Positions 1 through 9,003 of a stretch of DNA of 64,000 nt are shown one piece after another. The notes under the pieces are model-generated. The model was given only the letters and a program-made list of their open reading frames with translations. It was not told where the DNA came from and ran no database searches. Position 1 is the first letter of the stretch. The number at the start of each line of letters is the position of its first letter. The position numbers and the translations under genes were made by a program. The DNA is from Pseudomonadota bacterium (GTDB lineage: Bacteria; Pseudomonadota; Alphaproteobacteria; Rhodobacterales; Rhodobacteraceae), in contig JBCCYF010000004.1 of NCBI GenBank assembly GCA_039190275.1, positions 5,422 through 69,421 on the forward strand, given 5' to 3'.

Positions 1-110
1 CGATGCTAAAGTACGGGATCCCCGACCTTAGGGCGTTCTTCGACAGCGATCTGCGGTGGCTCAGGCACTACGGGTTCCGCAGCCTTGAGCAGCCAGGCGC
101 GGCGCGTTGA
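1..110 (+). CDS. pheS: phenylalanine--tRNA ligase alpha subunit, 3' end (partial, enters from window start)
   Basis: Frame 3 reads [36 protein letters not shown] and stops at TGA 108-110. The YGIPDLRxFFxxDLRxL tail matches the conserved PheS C-terminus (E. coli ends ...[21 protein letters not shown]). pheT follows on the same strand. Confidence 0.6.
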   Translation, partial: MLKYGIPDLRAFFDSDLRWLRHYGFRSLEQPGAAR

Positions 111-158
111 CATAGGATCGCACGTCGCGGTCGGCGTTTCGCACGGGCCGAGGCGCCG

Positions 159-965
159 CTACCATCCATGCAGGCGCTTTGCATGGCTGCGCAGCACGCG
201 AAAAATTGCATAGTCCCCGGAAAGGTGCGACTTCAGCCGCGTATCGAGCCGGTCCGGCAGTACCGGCGGGCGATCTGTGCTGCGGTTTTCCGCAGGTTCC
301 GGGGGCAGCATGTACTGTTCAAAACCCAGTGCTTCCATTGTCTGATCCAGGTGATCGCTCAATGCCTCGATCGGCAAACACAATTGTATCGCAGGCAATG
401 CATCGATTGCGCCGGCCTCGGATCCGAAGGCATGGGCATAGCCCCGCGGGACCATGGTCATTCCCGCAATTGCCCGCCGCGCATACCGTCGGGCCTGTGG
501 CCAAAGACTGCCAAGGTCGTCCAACAGCCGGTCAAGTTCGGGATATCGTGCAAACACCGCAGCCTCGTGTCGCGTCCAGGGCGCATGATAACCCGGCTTG
601 CCCTGCCTTTGGCGCGAGTGCCAGGCCGACACGAACCGTGCTGCCGGATCGCGCAAAAGCAGCGCCAACTTCCGGTCCGGCCCGAAAATCCGGGCGGTAT
701 CTGCGGCGTTCATCCGGTGCGGCGCATAAAACAAGGCCGGTTGATCGCGCAATTGCAGGTTGTGCAAAATCACGTCCGTCAGGAAAGTTCCGCCGGTTTT
801 AGGGATATGCATGAACACGAGGGGCGGCGTCGTTCCGCGCGGGGGGCCGCCATCAAAACTATGCCCGGACAGGAACCGATACACATTTGGATGGTCTGGG
901 ATAGCCTTTTTCCGGACTGCGCCAGACCGCAATTCTGTGGTATCATCCTGCATGGACGCCATCAT
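159..965 (-). CDS. sulfotransferase family protein (Sulfotransfer_2-like)
   Basis: 268-aa ORF with HIPKTGGT, the PAPS 5'-phosphosulfate-binding loop typical of this family, near residue 53. The overlapping + strand ORFs are Arg/Cys-rich junk. Confidence 0.7.
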   Translation of the reverse strand: MMASMQDDTTELRSGAVRKKAIPDHPNVYRFLSGHSFDGGPPRGTTPPLVFMHIPKTGGTFLTDVILHNLQLRDQPALFYAPHRMNAADTARIFGPDRKLALLLRDPAARFVSAWHSRQRQGKPGYHAPWTRHEAAVFARYPELDRLLDDLGSLWPQARRYARRAIAGMTMVPRGYAHAFGSEAGAIDALPAIQLCLPIEALSDHLDQTMEALGFEQYMLPPEPAENRSTDRPPVLPDRLDTRLKSHLSGDYAIFRVLRSHAKRLHGW

Positions 966-1054
966 ACCAGACGATACGTCAGGCGTCCGCAGGTATTACG
1001 ACTGTTCGCCCGGACAGGTCCGCTGACACTGCCCCAAAACAGTCGGTATATGCG

Positions 1055-1240
1055 TTAGCGCTGTTCGATGGCAGTGCTCAACTGATCACTGACGTAAGTA
1101 CTGTTCCGCTCTACACCTGTCTCAATCAGATTGATAATCGCGAATACGTTAATAGCTACAATGGAAGCGGTCAGCACAACCCAGTCGACGGTTACTGCAC
1201 CGTCTTCATTGTTGTGGAAGTTGCGAAGCAATTTCAACAT
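1055..1240 (-). CDS. Flp/Fap-like type IVb prepilin, divergent
   Basis: 61 aa. Basic leader MLKLLRNFHNNEDG, then the hydrophobic helix AVTVDWVVLTASIVAINVFAIINLI. Same layout as Flp prepilins (leader-G/xxxxEY-helix), but DW replaces EY. Confidence 0.5.
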   Translation of the reverse strand: MLKLLRNFHNNEDGAVTVDWVVLTASIVAINVFAIINLIETGVERNSTYVSDQLSTAIEQR

Positions 1241-1483
1241 GGCTCTACCCTATGCTTTGACGAGTACCTTTTAACTTTACAATGATCGCTAAAGCGTGAC
1301 CCGATTGAGGCAGTTGTTAGGCTGCAACCGTATTATTCAGCTCAATCTGCGAGGAATCTCCTTAAAATTGTTTGCAATGTGGCGATGCCGCCCCATTGGC
1401 GAATCCCGGGGTGCTCTCTTCCCCTTGGCCCAAGGGTCCGCTAGAACGCAGCCGTTACCGATATCCATCCCGGGAATTCACCG

Positions 1484-3892
1484 ATGAAATTCACCCTGTC
1501 CTGGCTGCGCGACCACCTCGAGACGGAGGCAACGCTTGATGACATCCTCTATGCCCTGACCGACTTGGGCCTGGAGGTCGAGGATGTAGAAGATCCGTCC
1601 GCGCGCCTGGGCGGGTTTCTGATCGGCGAGGTCATGGCGGCAGAGCCACATCCCGATGCCGACCGGTTGCGGGTATGCCGTGTGCAGACCAAGACCGGGC
1701 TCCAACAGATCATCTGCGGTGCGCCCAATGCGCGCGCGGGCATAAAGGTCGTTGTTGCGCAGCCGGGCGACTACATTCCGGGCCTCGATACAACCATTCA
1801 AGTCGGTAAGATCCGTGGGGTCGAGAGTTTTGGCATGATGCTGTCCGAACGCGAGCTTGAAATCTCGGACGAGCATGACGGGATCATCGAGCTGGGGGCC
1901 GACGCCGAAGTGGGTCAACGCTATATCGACTATGTGGGTCAGTCGGACCCAACGATCGAGATCGCGATAACTCCCAACCGGCCGGACGCGCTGGGCGTGG
2001 CGGGAATTGCACGGGATCTGGCCGCGCGTGGGCTTGGGACATTCAAACCTGCGGTGCCTATAAAGGTTCCCGGCACATTCGATTGTCCGGTGTCGGTAAC
2101 GCTGGACCCTTCCGTGTCAGAACGGGCCTGCCCCCTGTTTCTAGGACGGGTGATCCGCGGCGTGAAGAACGGCCCGTCACCTGAATGGCTGCAGGCCCGG
2201 CTTCGGTCGATTGGGCTGAAACCGATCTCCGCATTGGTCGATATCACCAATTTCATGACCTATGACCGTAACCGCCCGCTGCATGTCTTCGATGCAGACA
2301 AGGTTTCCGGCGGGTTGGTGGTGCGCACCGCGAACCCCGGTGAGAGCCTGACCGCGCTTGATGAAAAGACCTATGTGCTGGATGGGACCGAGACAATCAT
2401 AGCCGATGACGCAGGTGTCGAGAGTATCGGCGGTGTAATGGGAGGTCTTGGGTCGGGCTGTACCGAGGAAACGGTGAACGTCTTTGTGGAGGCGGCGTAT
2501 TTTGATCCGACCCTGACGGCGCAGACCGGACGCAAACTCAAGATCAACTCGGACGCGCGATATCGGTTCGAGCGCGGTATTGATCCTGCGTTCACACCCG
2601 AGGGGATGGAGGTCGCGACGCGGATGATCCTGGATCTGTGCGGTGGGGATGCGTCGACGGTGGTCACTGCCGGGGCGGTTCCCGATACCGCAAGGTTCTA
2701 TCCGCTGCGTGCCGACCGCGTCAAAAGTCTGGTGGGAATGGACATCGACGTTGACGAACAGATACGGATTTTGACCGATCTGGGGTTTGGCGCGGCCCGC
2801 GAGCACGGCGGTCTGGAGGTCTGGGTTCCCAGTTGGCGACCGGATGTCAAAGGTGAAGCGGATCTGGTGGAGGAGGTCGCGCGCGTGGCCTCGCTCACCA
2901 AACTGGAGGGGGTTCCGATGTCCCGCGCGGCGGGCGTGTTGCCGGGTGTGCTGTCCGCGGCGCAGCGGCGCGAACGCGCGGTACGGCGGCAGATCGCGGC
3001 GTTGGGATATAGCGAGTGTGTCACCTATTCCTTTGTCGACACGCGCGCGGCACGGTTGTTTGGTGGCGGCACGGATGCTGTCAAACTCGGCAACCCCATA
3101 AGTTCGGAAATGAGCCACATGCGGCCGGACATGCTACCGGGGCTTTTGCGGGCTGCGGCACGCAATCAGGCGCGGGGGCTCATGGATCTGGCATTGTTCG
3201 AGATCGGCCCGGTTTGGAGCGGCGGTGAGCCCGAGGACCAGCGGCTGAACGCAGCGGGCCTGCTGATCGGCCACACCGGCCCCCGCGACGCCTTGAACGC
3301 ACGCCGCGCCGTGGATCTGTTCGATGCCAAGGCGGATGCCGAAGCGGTACTGAATGCCATTGGCGCCCCGTCGGGACTGATGGTCCTCAGGAGTGCGCCG
3401 GACTGGTTTCACCCCGGGCGCTCGGGTGTTTTAAGCCTTGGGCCGAAGACTCCTTTGGCGATATTTGGTGAATTGCATCCAAAGTTGCTGGACGAAATGG
3501 ACGTAAAAGGGCCCGCAGTTGCCTTTGTGCTGATGGTTGACACGGTGCCATACCCCAAGCGGTCCGGGCCGACGCGATCGGCGCTTACCGTTTCGGATTT
3601 TCAGGCGGTCGAGCGCGATTTCGCCTTCGTCGTGGATACGGATGTGGAGGCACAGGCGTTGTTGCGGGCCGCCAAGGGTGCTGACAAGGCGCTGGTGACG
3701 GATGTCAGTCTGTTTGATGTGTTTGATGGTGCGGCGGCTGAGGCGCAGATCGGGACTGGTAAAAAGTCTGTTGCGATAACTGTGCGGCTGGAGCCGACAT
3801 CCGGGACACTGACCGATCCGGAGATCGAAGCTGTGGGCCAGAGGATTGTCGCGAATGTCGCCAAGGCGACGGGTGGTGTCCTGCGTGGCTGA
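1484..3892 (+). CDS. pheT: phenylalanine--tRNA ligase beta subunit
   Basis: 802-aa ORF with the canonical N-terminus MKFTLSWLRDHLETEATLDDI. Internal ITPNRPDALGVAGIARDLAA and a length typical of PheT. Confidence 0.97.
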   Translation: MKFTLSWLRDHLETEATLDDILYALTDLGLEVEDVEDPSARLGGFLIGEVMAAEPHPDADRLRVCRVQTKTGLQQIICGAPNARAGIKVVVAQPGDYIPGLDTTIQVGKIRGVESFGMMLSERELEISDEHDGIIELGADAEVGQRYIDYVGQSDPTIEIAITPNRPDALGVAGIARDLAARGLGTFKPAVPIKVPGTFDCPVSVTLDPSVSERACPLFLGRVIRGVKNGPSPEWLQARLRSIGLKPISALVDITNFMTYDRNRPLHVFDADKVSGGLVVRTANPGESLTALDEKTYVLDGTETIIADDAGVESIGGVMGGLGSGCTEETVNVFVEAAYFDPTLTAQTGRKLKINSDARYRFERGIDPAFTPEGMEVATRMILDLCGGDASTVVTAGAVPDTARFYPLRADRVKSLVGMDIDVDEQIRILTDLGFGAAREHGGLEVWVPSWRPDVKGEADLVEEVARVASLTKLEGVPMSRAAGVLPGVLSAAQRRERAVRRQIAALGYSECVTYSFVDTRAARLFGGGTDAVKLGNPISSEMSHMRPDMLPGLLRAAARNQARGLMDLALFEIGPVWSGGEPEDQRLNAAGLLIGHTGPRDALNARRAVDLFDAKADAEAVLNAIGAPSGLMVLRSAPDWFHPGRSGVLSLGPKTPLAIFGELHPKLLDEMDVKGPAVAFVLMVDTVPYPKRSGPTRSALTVSDFQAVERDFAFVVDTDVEAQALLRAAKGADKALVTDVSLFDVFDGAAAEAQIGTGKKSVAITVRLEPTSGTLTDPEIEAVGQRIVANVAKATGGVLRG

Positions 3893-3961
3893 TGCGATGC
3901 CCGCGCAGGCGGTATGGGCCGCCCCCGCATGCGAATTGCCCCCTGATAAAAGGACGGAGCC

Positions 3962-4420
3962 ATGAAACTGAACGTATACCTCTCGGGTGAGATCCACACG
4001 AACTGGCGCGAAGATATTCGAGCCGGAGTTTCGGCGGCCGGATTGGACATTAGCTTTTCCTCACCCGTCACGGATCATGCGGCCTCGGACGATTGCGGGG
4101 TTGCGATACTGGGGCAGGAGCCCGACAAGTTCTGGCATGATCGCAAAGGTGCGATGATGAATGCCATCCGCACACGCAAAGGTCTTGAGGACGCGGATGT
4201 TGTCGTGGTGCGCTTTGGTGACAAATACAAACAGTGGAACGCGGCCTTTGACGCTGGCTATGCCGCCGCACTGGGTAAGTCTTTGATTGTCCTTCACGGA
4301 CCGGATCATGCGCATGCATTGAAGGAGGTCGATGCCGCGGCGTTGGCAGTTGCACAGACGCCCGAACAGGTTGTCCAAATCCTGACCTATGTCATGACCA
4401 GCGCGCTGCCAGGCAGCTGA
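3962..4420 (+). CDS. YtoQ family protein (nucleoside 2-deoxyribosyltransferase-like)
   Basis: 152 aa. VYLSGEIHTNWRE and GDKYKQWNAAFDAGYAAALGKSLIVL match my recollection of B. subtilis YtoQ. AAGGACGGAG RBS-like element lies upstream of the ATG. Confidence 0.8.
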   Translation: MKLNVYLSGEIHTNWREDIRAGVSAAGLDISFSSPVTDHAASDDCGVAILGQEPDKFWHDRKGAMMNAIRTRKGLEDADVVVVRFGDKYKQWNAAFDAGYAAALGKSLIVLHGPDHAHALKEVDAAALAVAQTPEQVVQILTYVMTSALPGS

Positions 4421-4428
4421 TAGCCGCT

Positions 4429-4475
4429 GTTAGCAGCACTGATACATGGCTGCTAACTGATTGAATAATAATCAG
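4429..4475 (+). terminator. tandem stem-loops downstream of the YtoQ gene (possible terminator, no U-tract)
   Basis: Perfect 9-bp stem GTTAGCAGC (4429-4437) / GCTGCTAAC (4449-4457) with an 11-nt loop. It is followed by a 6-bp stem CTGATT/AATCAG (4457-4475) inside an AT-rich spacer. Confidence 0.35.
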
Positions 4476-4549
4476 TAATACAAATTTTATTGGCAGGTTA
4501 ACCTGTCTTTGGCAGACTTTCCGGAGTGTTTGGCTGACGGAGGGTATGA

Positions 4550-4822
4550 ATGACAGCTGCTACCGAAACCGAAGAGCTATTGCGGGGCCATGGCCTTATC
4601 ACCGCGGAAATCCTGTACCGCATGCCGGACTGCCAGTCGTTGCTGCAAAGCTTCACCTGGCAGGACTACGACCAAGCACCGGGCTTTCCCAAGCTCCACG
4701 GTTTCCTTGAGTTCTGGCAGGACACGCTGGATGGACCGCTGCACTCGGTGCGCTACTCCCACCAGCGGTTGGTTCGCCCTGGGAGTTGGCGCAAAGTTGA
4801 CGGTGTGATCACCCTGCACTGA
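4550..4822 (+). CDS. Usg family protein
   Basis: 90 aa. GLITAEILYRMPDCQSLLQSFTWQDYDQAPGFPKLHGFLEFWQDTLDGPLHSVRYSH matches the alphaproteobacterial Usg-like family pattern as I remember it. Confidence 0.7.
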   Translation: MTAATETEELLRGHGLITAEILYRMPDCQSLLQSFTWQDYDQAPGFPKLHGFLEFWQDTLDGPLHSVRYSHQRLVRPGSWRKVDGVITLH

Positions 4823-4851
4823 TCGAAAGTGCTGCGCAAACCGCCCCGCGG

Positions 4852-4868
4852 AACCGGCGTGGCCGGTT
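4852..4868. terminator. short hairpin between convergent genes
   Basis: AACCGGC-gtg-GCCGGTT (7-bp stem, 3-nt loop) followed by TTTG. It sits between the usg stop (4822) and the GST stop (4872). Confidence 0.3.
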
Positions 4869-4871
4869 TGG

Positions 4872-5579
4872 TCAGCCGTCGCGGGCCGGAATGTTCAGAC
4901 CGGTTTGGGAGGCGGGGCGCGCAATCGCCCGTTCCAGCCAGTCATTCACTTTGGGCATCTTGTCTAGACCGACCAGTTCGCCTGCCTCGTAAAACACTTT
5001 GAGGCCTCGAACCCAGGGGAAAGTTGCGATATCAGCAATACTGTATGTGTCACCCATGATCCACTCGCGCCCATCAAGCCGTTTTTCCAGCACCGTCAAA
5101 AGCCGGTTTGCCTCACTTACATATCGCTGTTTTGGGCGCGGATCCTCGATCTCTTTCCCGGCAAATCGATGAAAGAAGCCCAGTTGACCGAACATCGGGC
5201 CGACCCCGCCCATCTGGAACATAAGCCATGACAGCGCCTGATACCGCAGCGCGGGATCAGCAGGAAGCAGTTTGCCGGACTTATCGGCGAGGTAGATCAG
5301 GATGGCACCGCTCTCGAACAGTCCCAAGGGCTGGCCTCCTGGGCCATCGGGGTCAACAATCGCCGGAATCTTGTTGTTTGGATTCAGCGACAGGAACTCA
5401 GGGCTCTTCACGTCGCTGTCGGACAATGTCACAAGATGCGCCTCGTAGGGCAGGCCGATTTCTTCCAGCGCAATCGAGACCTTGACCCCGTTTGGGGTGG
5501 GAAAGGAATAGAGTTGCAGAACATCGGGGTTCTGCGCGGGCCAGCGCCCGGTGATCGGAAACGCAGATAGATCTGCCAT
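4872..5579 (-). CDS. glutathione S-transferase family protein (Nu-class, YfcG/YghU-like)
   Basis: 235 aa. Thioredoxin-like N-domain LYSFPTPNGVKVSIALEEIGLPYE and SPEFLSLNPNNKIPAIVD, followed by an all-helical C-domain. Confidence 0.88.
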   Translation of the reverse strand: MADLSAFPITGRWPAQNPDVLQLYSFPTPNGVKVSIALEEIGLPYEAHLVTLSDSDVKSPEFLSLNPNNKIPAIVDPDGPGGQPLGLFESGAILIYLADKSGKLLPADPALRYQALSWLMFQMGGVGPMFGQLGFFHRFAGKEIEDPRPKQRYVSEANRLLTVLEKRLDGREWIMGDTYSIADIATFPWVRGLKVFYEAGELVGLDKMPKVNDWLERAIARPASQTGLNIPARDG

Positions 5580-5767
5580 CTTGTCTTCTCCTCTTATTCA
5601 ACCATCCACTCACCTGTGATCGGTGGTGCCAAAAACAACGGCTCTGATGGAATAGTATTGTTCCCAAATCCGAAAAGATCCGGCAGCTAACAATTTGGCT
5701 TGTTTGAACCAACGCAGTCAGACTAATTAGCAGCATCGTTGAACAGGGCGATGAAGAGAGGGGCACC

Positions 5768-6199
5768 ATGCTAAACGAATTCAAGGACTTTATTGCGCGC
5801 GGCAATGTCATGGACATGGCTGTGGGCATCATTATCGGCGCAGCCTTCACAGCGATAGTCACGTCGCTGGTTGGCGATCTGATCGAACCGATCATTGGCC
5901 TGATCCTCGGCGGGATCGACTTTTCGAACTACTTTATCACCCTCGATGGTGGTGAATACGCGACCCTGGGTGCCGCACAGGAGGCGGGAGCCGCCACGTT
6001 TAACTACGGTAACTTCATCACCGCGCTAATCAACTTTCTGATCATCGCATATGTCGTGTTTCTTCTTGTGAAAGCCGTGAACCGCGTGAAAGAAGCCACA
6101 CAGGGCGACGACGCCGCGGAAGAGGAAGAAGAACCGGCGGGACCAACCCAAGAAGAATTGCTGGAACAAATTCGCGACCTTCTGGCCAAACAGGCGTAG
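5768..6199 (+). CDS. mscL: large-conductance mechanosensitive channel
   Basis: 143 aa. [39 protein letters not shown] is the canonical MscL N-terminus and TM1. Confidence 0.95.
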   Translation: MLNEFKDFIARGNVMDMAVGIIIGAAFTAIVTSLVGDLIEPIIGLILGGIDFSNYFITLDGGEYATLGAAQEAGAATFNYGNFITALINFLIIAYVVFLLVKAVNRVKEATQGDDAAEEEEEPAGPTQEELLEQIRDLLAKQA

Positions 6200-6237
6200 T
6201 CGATCCGTCCAAATGCGGCCCCGGTGGTCGGTTTGCG

Positions 6238-6270
6238 GGGCCGTACACATTCGGTGTGCGGCCCTTTTTT
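6238..6270 (+). terminator. rho-independent terminator of mscL
   Basis: 11-bp stem GGGCCGTACAC (6238-6248) / GTGTGCGGCCC (6254-6264) with one G-U wobble and a 5-nt loop, then TTTTTT (6265-6270). Confidence 0.8.
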
Positions 6271-6339
6271 GCCGGTGAGGACATGCGGGTTAGCAAATGC
6301 CGCATAAGGTCACGAGGGCCGTACCGCGGGAGGCGGGAC

Positions 6340-6804
6340 ATGGTGAAACTGGATACAACCGACGCGGCCATTTTGCGTGTCCTGCAACGCCGCGGACGCC
6401 TGTCCAACGCAGAGCTGGCGCCTGAGGTGAACCTCTCGCCGTCCGCCTGCCATCGGCGTGTGGCCCGGCTCGAAGCCGAAGGAGTGATCAAGGATTATGT
6501 CGCACTTCTCGACCCCACGGCAGTCGACCGGCGCACGACTGTATTTGTCGAGATTTCGCTGACTGGGCAGACGGACGAGGTGCTGGAGGCTTTTGAAAAA
6601 TCCGTTGCCCGGGTGCCGGACGTGCTGGAGTGCCATCTCATGGCGGGCTCGGCCGACTACTTGCTGAAGGTTATTGCGCGAGATACCGAAGATTTTGCCC
6701 GCATCCACCGGCAATATCTTGCCAGACTGCCGGGTGTGGGGCGCATGCAGTCCAATTTTGCGCTGCGCACCGTGTTCAAGACCACGGCGCTTCCGGTCGA
6801 TTGA
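6340..6804 (+). CDS. Lrp/AsnC family transcriptional regulator
   Basis: Start moved to ATG 6340 (MVKLDTTDAAILRVLQRRGRLSNAELA, an HTH_AsnC type N-terminus). The C-terminal part resembles an AsnC/RAM ligand-binding domain. Sits next to azlCD, a common pairing. Confidence 0.9.
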   Translation: MVKLDTTDAAILRVLQRRGRLSNAELAPEVNLSPSACHRRVARLEAEGVIKDYVALLDPTAVDRRTTVFVEISLTGQTDEVLEAFEKSVARVPDVLECHLMAGSADYLLKVIARDTEDFARIHRQYLARLPGVGRMQSNFALRTVFKTTALPVD

Positions 6805-6859
6805 GTCCGCACTCCCGCTTGGCCCGCCGTCGGGCGGACATGCACGTCGCGCACCAATG

Positions 6860-7189
6860 TCAGATAAGCGCTAGACCGGTGTAGAGCGCAGCAAGTCCTG
6901 CGAAGACGGACCAGATCACCGATCTTGTCGTTGCACCGACAACCAGCGCCACAGTTGCCGCGATCATGCGCGCCGGGTCTGCCGCGCCCCCTGATGCTGC
7001 GGGCCAGACCACCATCGGCGCGACCAGGCCGGGCATCACTGCAACCGGAACAAAGCGCAGCAGCTTTTCCGTAAAGGGCGAGAGCTGACGGTTGCCGATC
7101 AGCCCAAGAAATGAAAACCGGATCAGATAGGTGCCGATCCCCAACAGCACGATGATCAGCCAGATTTGTGTGTCCGAAAGCGGGGTCAT
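6860..7189 (-). CDS. azlD: AzlD family branched-chain amino acid transport protein
   Basis: 109-aa hydrophobic protein. IWLIIVLLGIGTYLIRFSFLGL is typical of AzlD. Its ATGA start/stop overlap with azlC indicates coupling. Confidence 0.85.
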   Translation of the reverse strand: MTPLSDTQIWLIIVLLGIGTYLIRFSFLGLIGNRQLSPFTEKLLRFVPVAVMPGLVAPMVVWPAASGGAADPARMIAATVALVVGATTRSVIWSVFAGLAALYTGLALI

Positions 7190-7887
7190 GACCGGCGCTC
7201 CAGATGTGTCTCGACCAGCGCGCCGGTGAACATCGCCACGAGACCGGCAACGATCAGTCCCAGGCTGAACGGCATCCAGGCCAAGGCCAGCGCGAGAACC
7301 ACCGAAACCAAAGCGGCGGCGACATGTGCCGCGCTTTTTAGCATCGGCGAGAACAGCGCGATGAAGGTGATCGGTACGGCAAAGTCCAGCGCGTATTCCG
7401 GCGGGATCGCCTCGCCCACCAATGCGCCCACAAGGGTGCCAAGGTACCAGAGCGGCCAGATCACCGCCATCGCGCCAAAGAAGTAGGCCACTTTTTCGGG
7501 GACATTAAGGGTCGGGGATTCCTCGAAGCGCTTGATCGACACACCATAGCTTTGGTCCACCAGCACATATGCGACTACAGCGCGCTGCCACAGTGGAGCT
7601 GGGCCAAGGTGCGGCGCGATGGAGGCAGAGTACATCACCATCCTCATGTTCACAGCCAGCGCCGTTGCCAGGATTATCAACGTCGGCGCCTGATCGACCA
7701 GCAGTTGCACGGCGACGAATTGTGAGGCGCCTGCAATCACCAGAAAACTCATGGCCATAGTCTGCAGCAGGTCCAACCCGGCCTCGGTCGCCACAACACC
7801 GAACAGAACGGCAAACGGGATGACGACGATAACGAAGGGAAGCCCAGCGGTCAGACCGGATAGAAATGCGCTGCGGGGCGTGTTCAT
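7186..7887 (-). CDS. azlC: AzlC family ABC-independent branched-chain amino acid permease
   Basis: 233-aa polytopic membrane protein. IAGASQFVAVQLL is a characteristic AzlC motif. Followed by azlD. Confidence 0.85.
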   Translation of the reverse strand: MNTPRSAFLSGLTAGLPFVIVVIPFAVLFGVVATEAGLDLLQTMAMSFLVIAGASQFVAVQLLVDQAPTLIILATALAVNMRMVMYSASIAPHLGPAPLWQRAVVAYVLVDQSYGVSIKRFEESPTLNVPEKVAYFFGAMAVIWPLWYLGTLVGALVGEAIPPEYALDFAVPITFIALFSPMLKSAAHVAAALVSVVLALALAWMPFSLGLIVAGLVAMFTGALVETHLERRS

Positions 7888-7989
7888 AACGAACCGTTAT
7901 GCCCGCCAACGCGGAATGTAAAATAGCAATCTGTGATCTTGCCTTTCGCCGAACGGAATGGTTTCGTGCACCGCCGGGAAGGAGCCCTT

Positions 7990-8859
7990 ATGGCCGACGT
8001 GCCCATACTTCCAGATCCCAGTAATCCGCGCCTTACGCGGCCGGTAACCGCGATTGACCAACGCGGGGACGCGCGAGACATCCGTGTGGTGGAGGAGCGC
8101 CCTTTGACGTTGTATCTGAACCGGCAGGAGATTGTGACTGCCATGACAATTGGCGATTATCCGACCTACCTTGCGGTGGGATACCTGGCCAACCAGGGCA
8201 TGCTGTTGCCACAGGATGTGATCACCGCTGTGGATTATGATGAGGAGGTCGCGGCGGTCGTTGTGCGCACCGAGCGCGAGACCGACTATGAAGACAAGCT
8301 CAAGCGTAAAACGCGCACCTCGGGGTGTGCCGTCGGAACAGTTTTTGGGGATATGATGGAGGGGTTGGAGGGCATCGATCTGCCGGACACTCCGGTTCGC
8401 GTCAGTCACCTCTATGCTCTTGCGCACAAAATCAACACGGCGCCCAGCCTGTATCTTGAGGCCGGTGCAATCCACGGTACCGTCTTGTGCCAAATGGACC
8501 GGCCCCTGGTTTTCATGGAGGATGTCGGACGCCACAATGCCGTTGACAAAATTGCAGGCTGGATGCGGCTTGAGGGTGTCCCGGGTGCCGACAAGGTCCT
8601 TTACACGACCGGACGGCTGACCAGCGAGATGGTTATTAAAACAGCGCTCATGGGCATACCGGTCCTTGCCTCGCGCTCTGGCTTCACGGCCTGGGGCGTT
8701 GAAATCGCCCAGCAGGTCGGCCTGACGCTGATCGGCCGGATGCGGGGTGAGCGGTTTCTGTGCCTGGCCGGAGAGCAGCGGGTGATCCGCGATGCCGACC
8801 CTTCTGCCGCCCATGCGGAACCCGCCAACCGCCAGCGCAAGGGGGCGGGCCGTGGTTGA
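7990..8859 (+). CDS. fdhD: formate dehydrogenase accessory sulfurtransferase FdhD
   Basis: Contains GRHNAVDKIAGWM, the signature FdhD motif. Start chosen at ATG 7990 (MADVPILPD); the ORF is open from 7933. Confidence 0.9.
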   Translation: MADVPILPDPSNPRLTRPVTAIDQRGDARDIRVVEERPLTLYLNRQEIVTAMTIGDYPTYLAVGYLANQGMLLPQDVITAVDYDEEVAAVVVRTERETDYEDKLKRKTRTSGCAVGTVFGDMMEGLEGIDLPDTPVRVSHLYALAHKINTAPSLYLEAGAIHGTVLCQMDRPLVFMEDVGRHNAVDKIAGWMRLEGVPGADKVLYTTGRLTSEMVIKTALMGIPVLASRSGFTAWGVEIAQQVGLTLIGRMRGERFLCLAGEQRVIRDADPSAAHAEPANRQRKGAGRG

Positions 8860-9003
8860 TGACCGGAGCGACCTGATCCTGGCCGTCGTGTGGCGCCACT
8901 CTGCCGTTATAGGCACATTTTCTCACCCGCCGAGAGAACGGACGTACCTCGGCAGCAGCCGCAGCGATGGTGCCATCGGAAACGCGACATGGGTTTGGGC
9001 CGG

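Noticed and set aside
168-1058. 296-aa and 207-aa plus-strand ORFs overlapping the sulfotransferase
   Set aside because: The minus-strand frame carries the HIPKTGGT PAPS loop and a sensible composition. The plus-strand products are Arg/Cys/Pro-rich.
6216-6243. Upstream hairpin CGGCCCC/GGGGCCG, whose 3' arm overlaps the mscL terminator stem (possible alternative structures or attenuation)
   Set aside because: It lies after the mscL stop with no downstream gene in an attenuation-compatible arrangement. It is more likely just a second stabilising hairpin.
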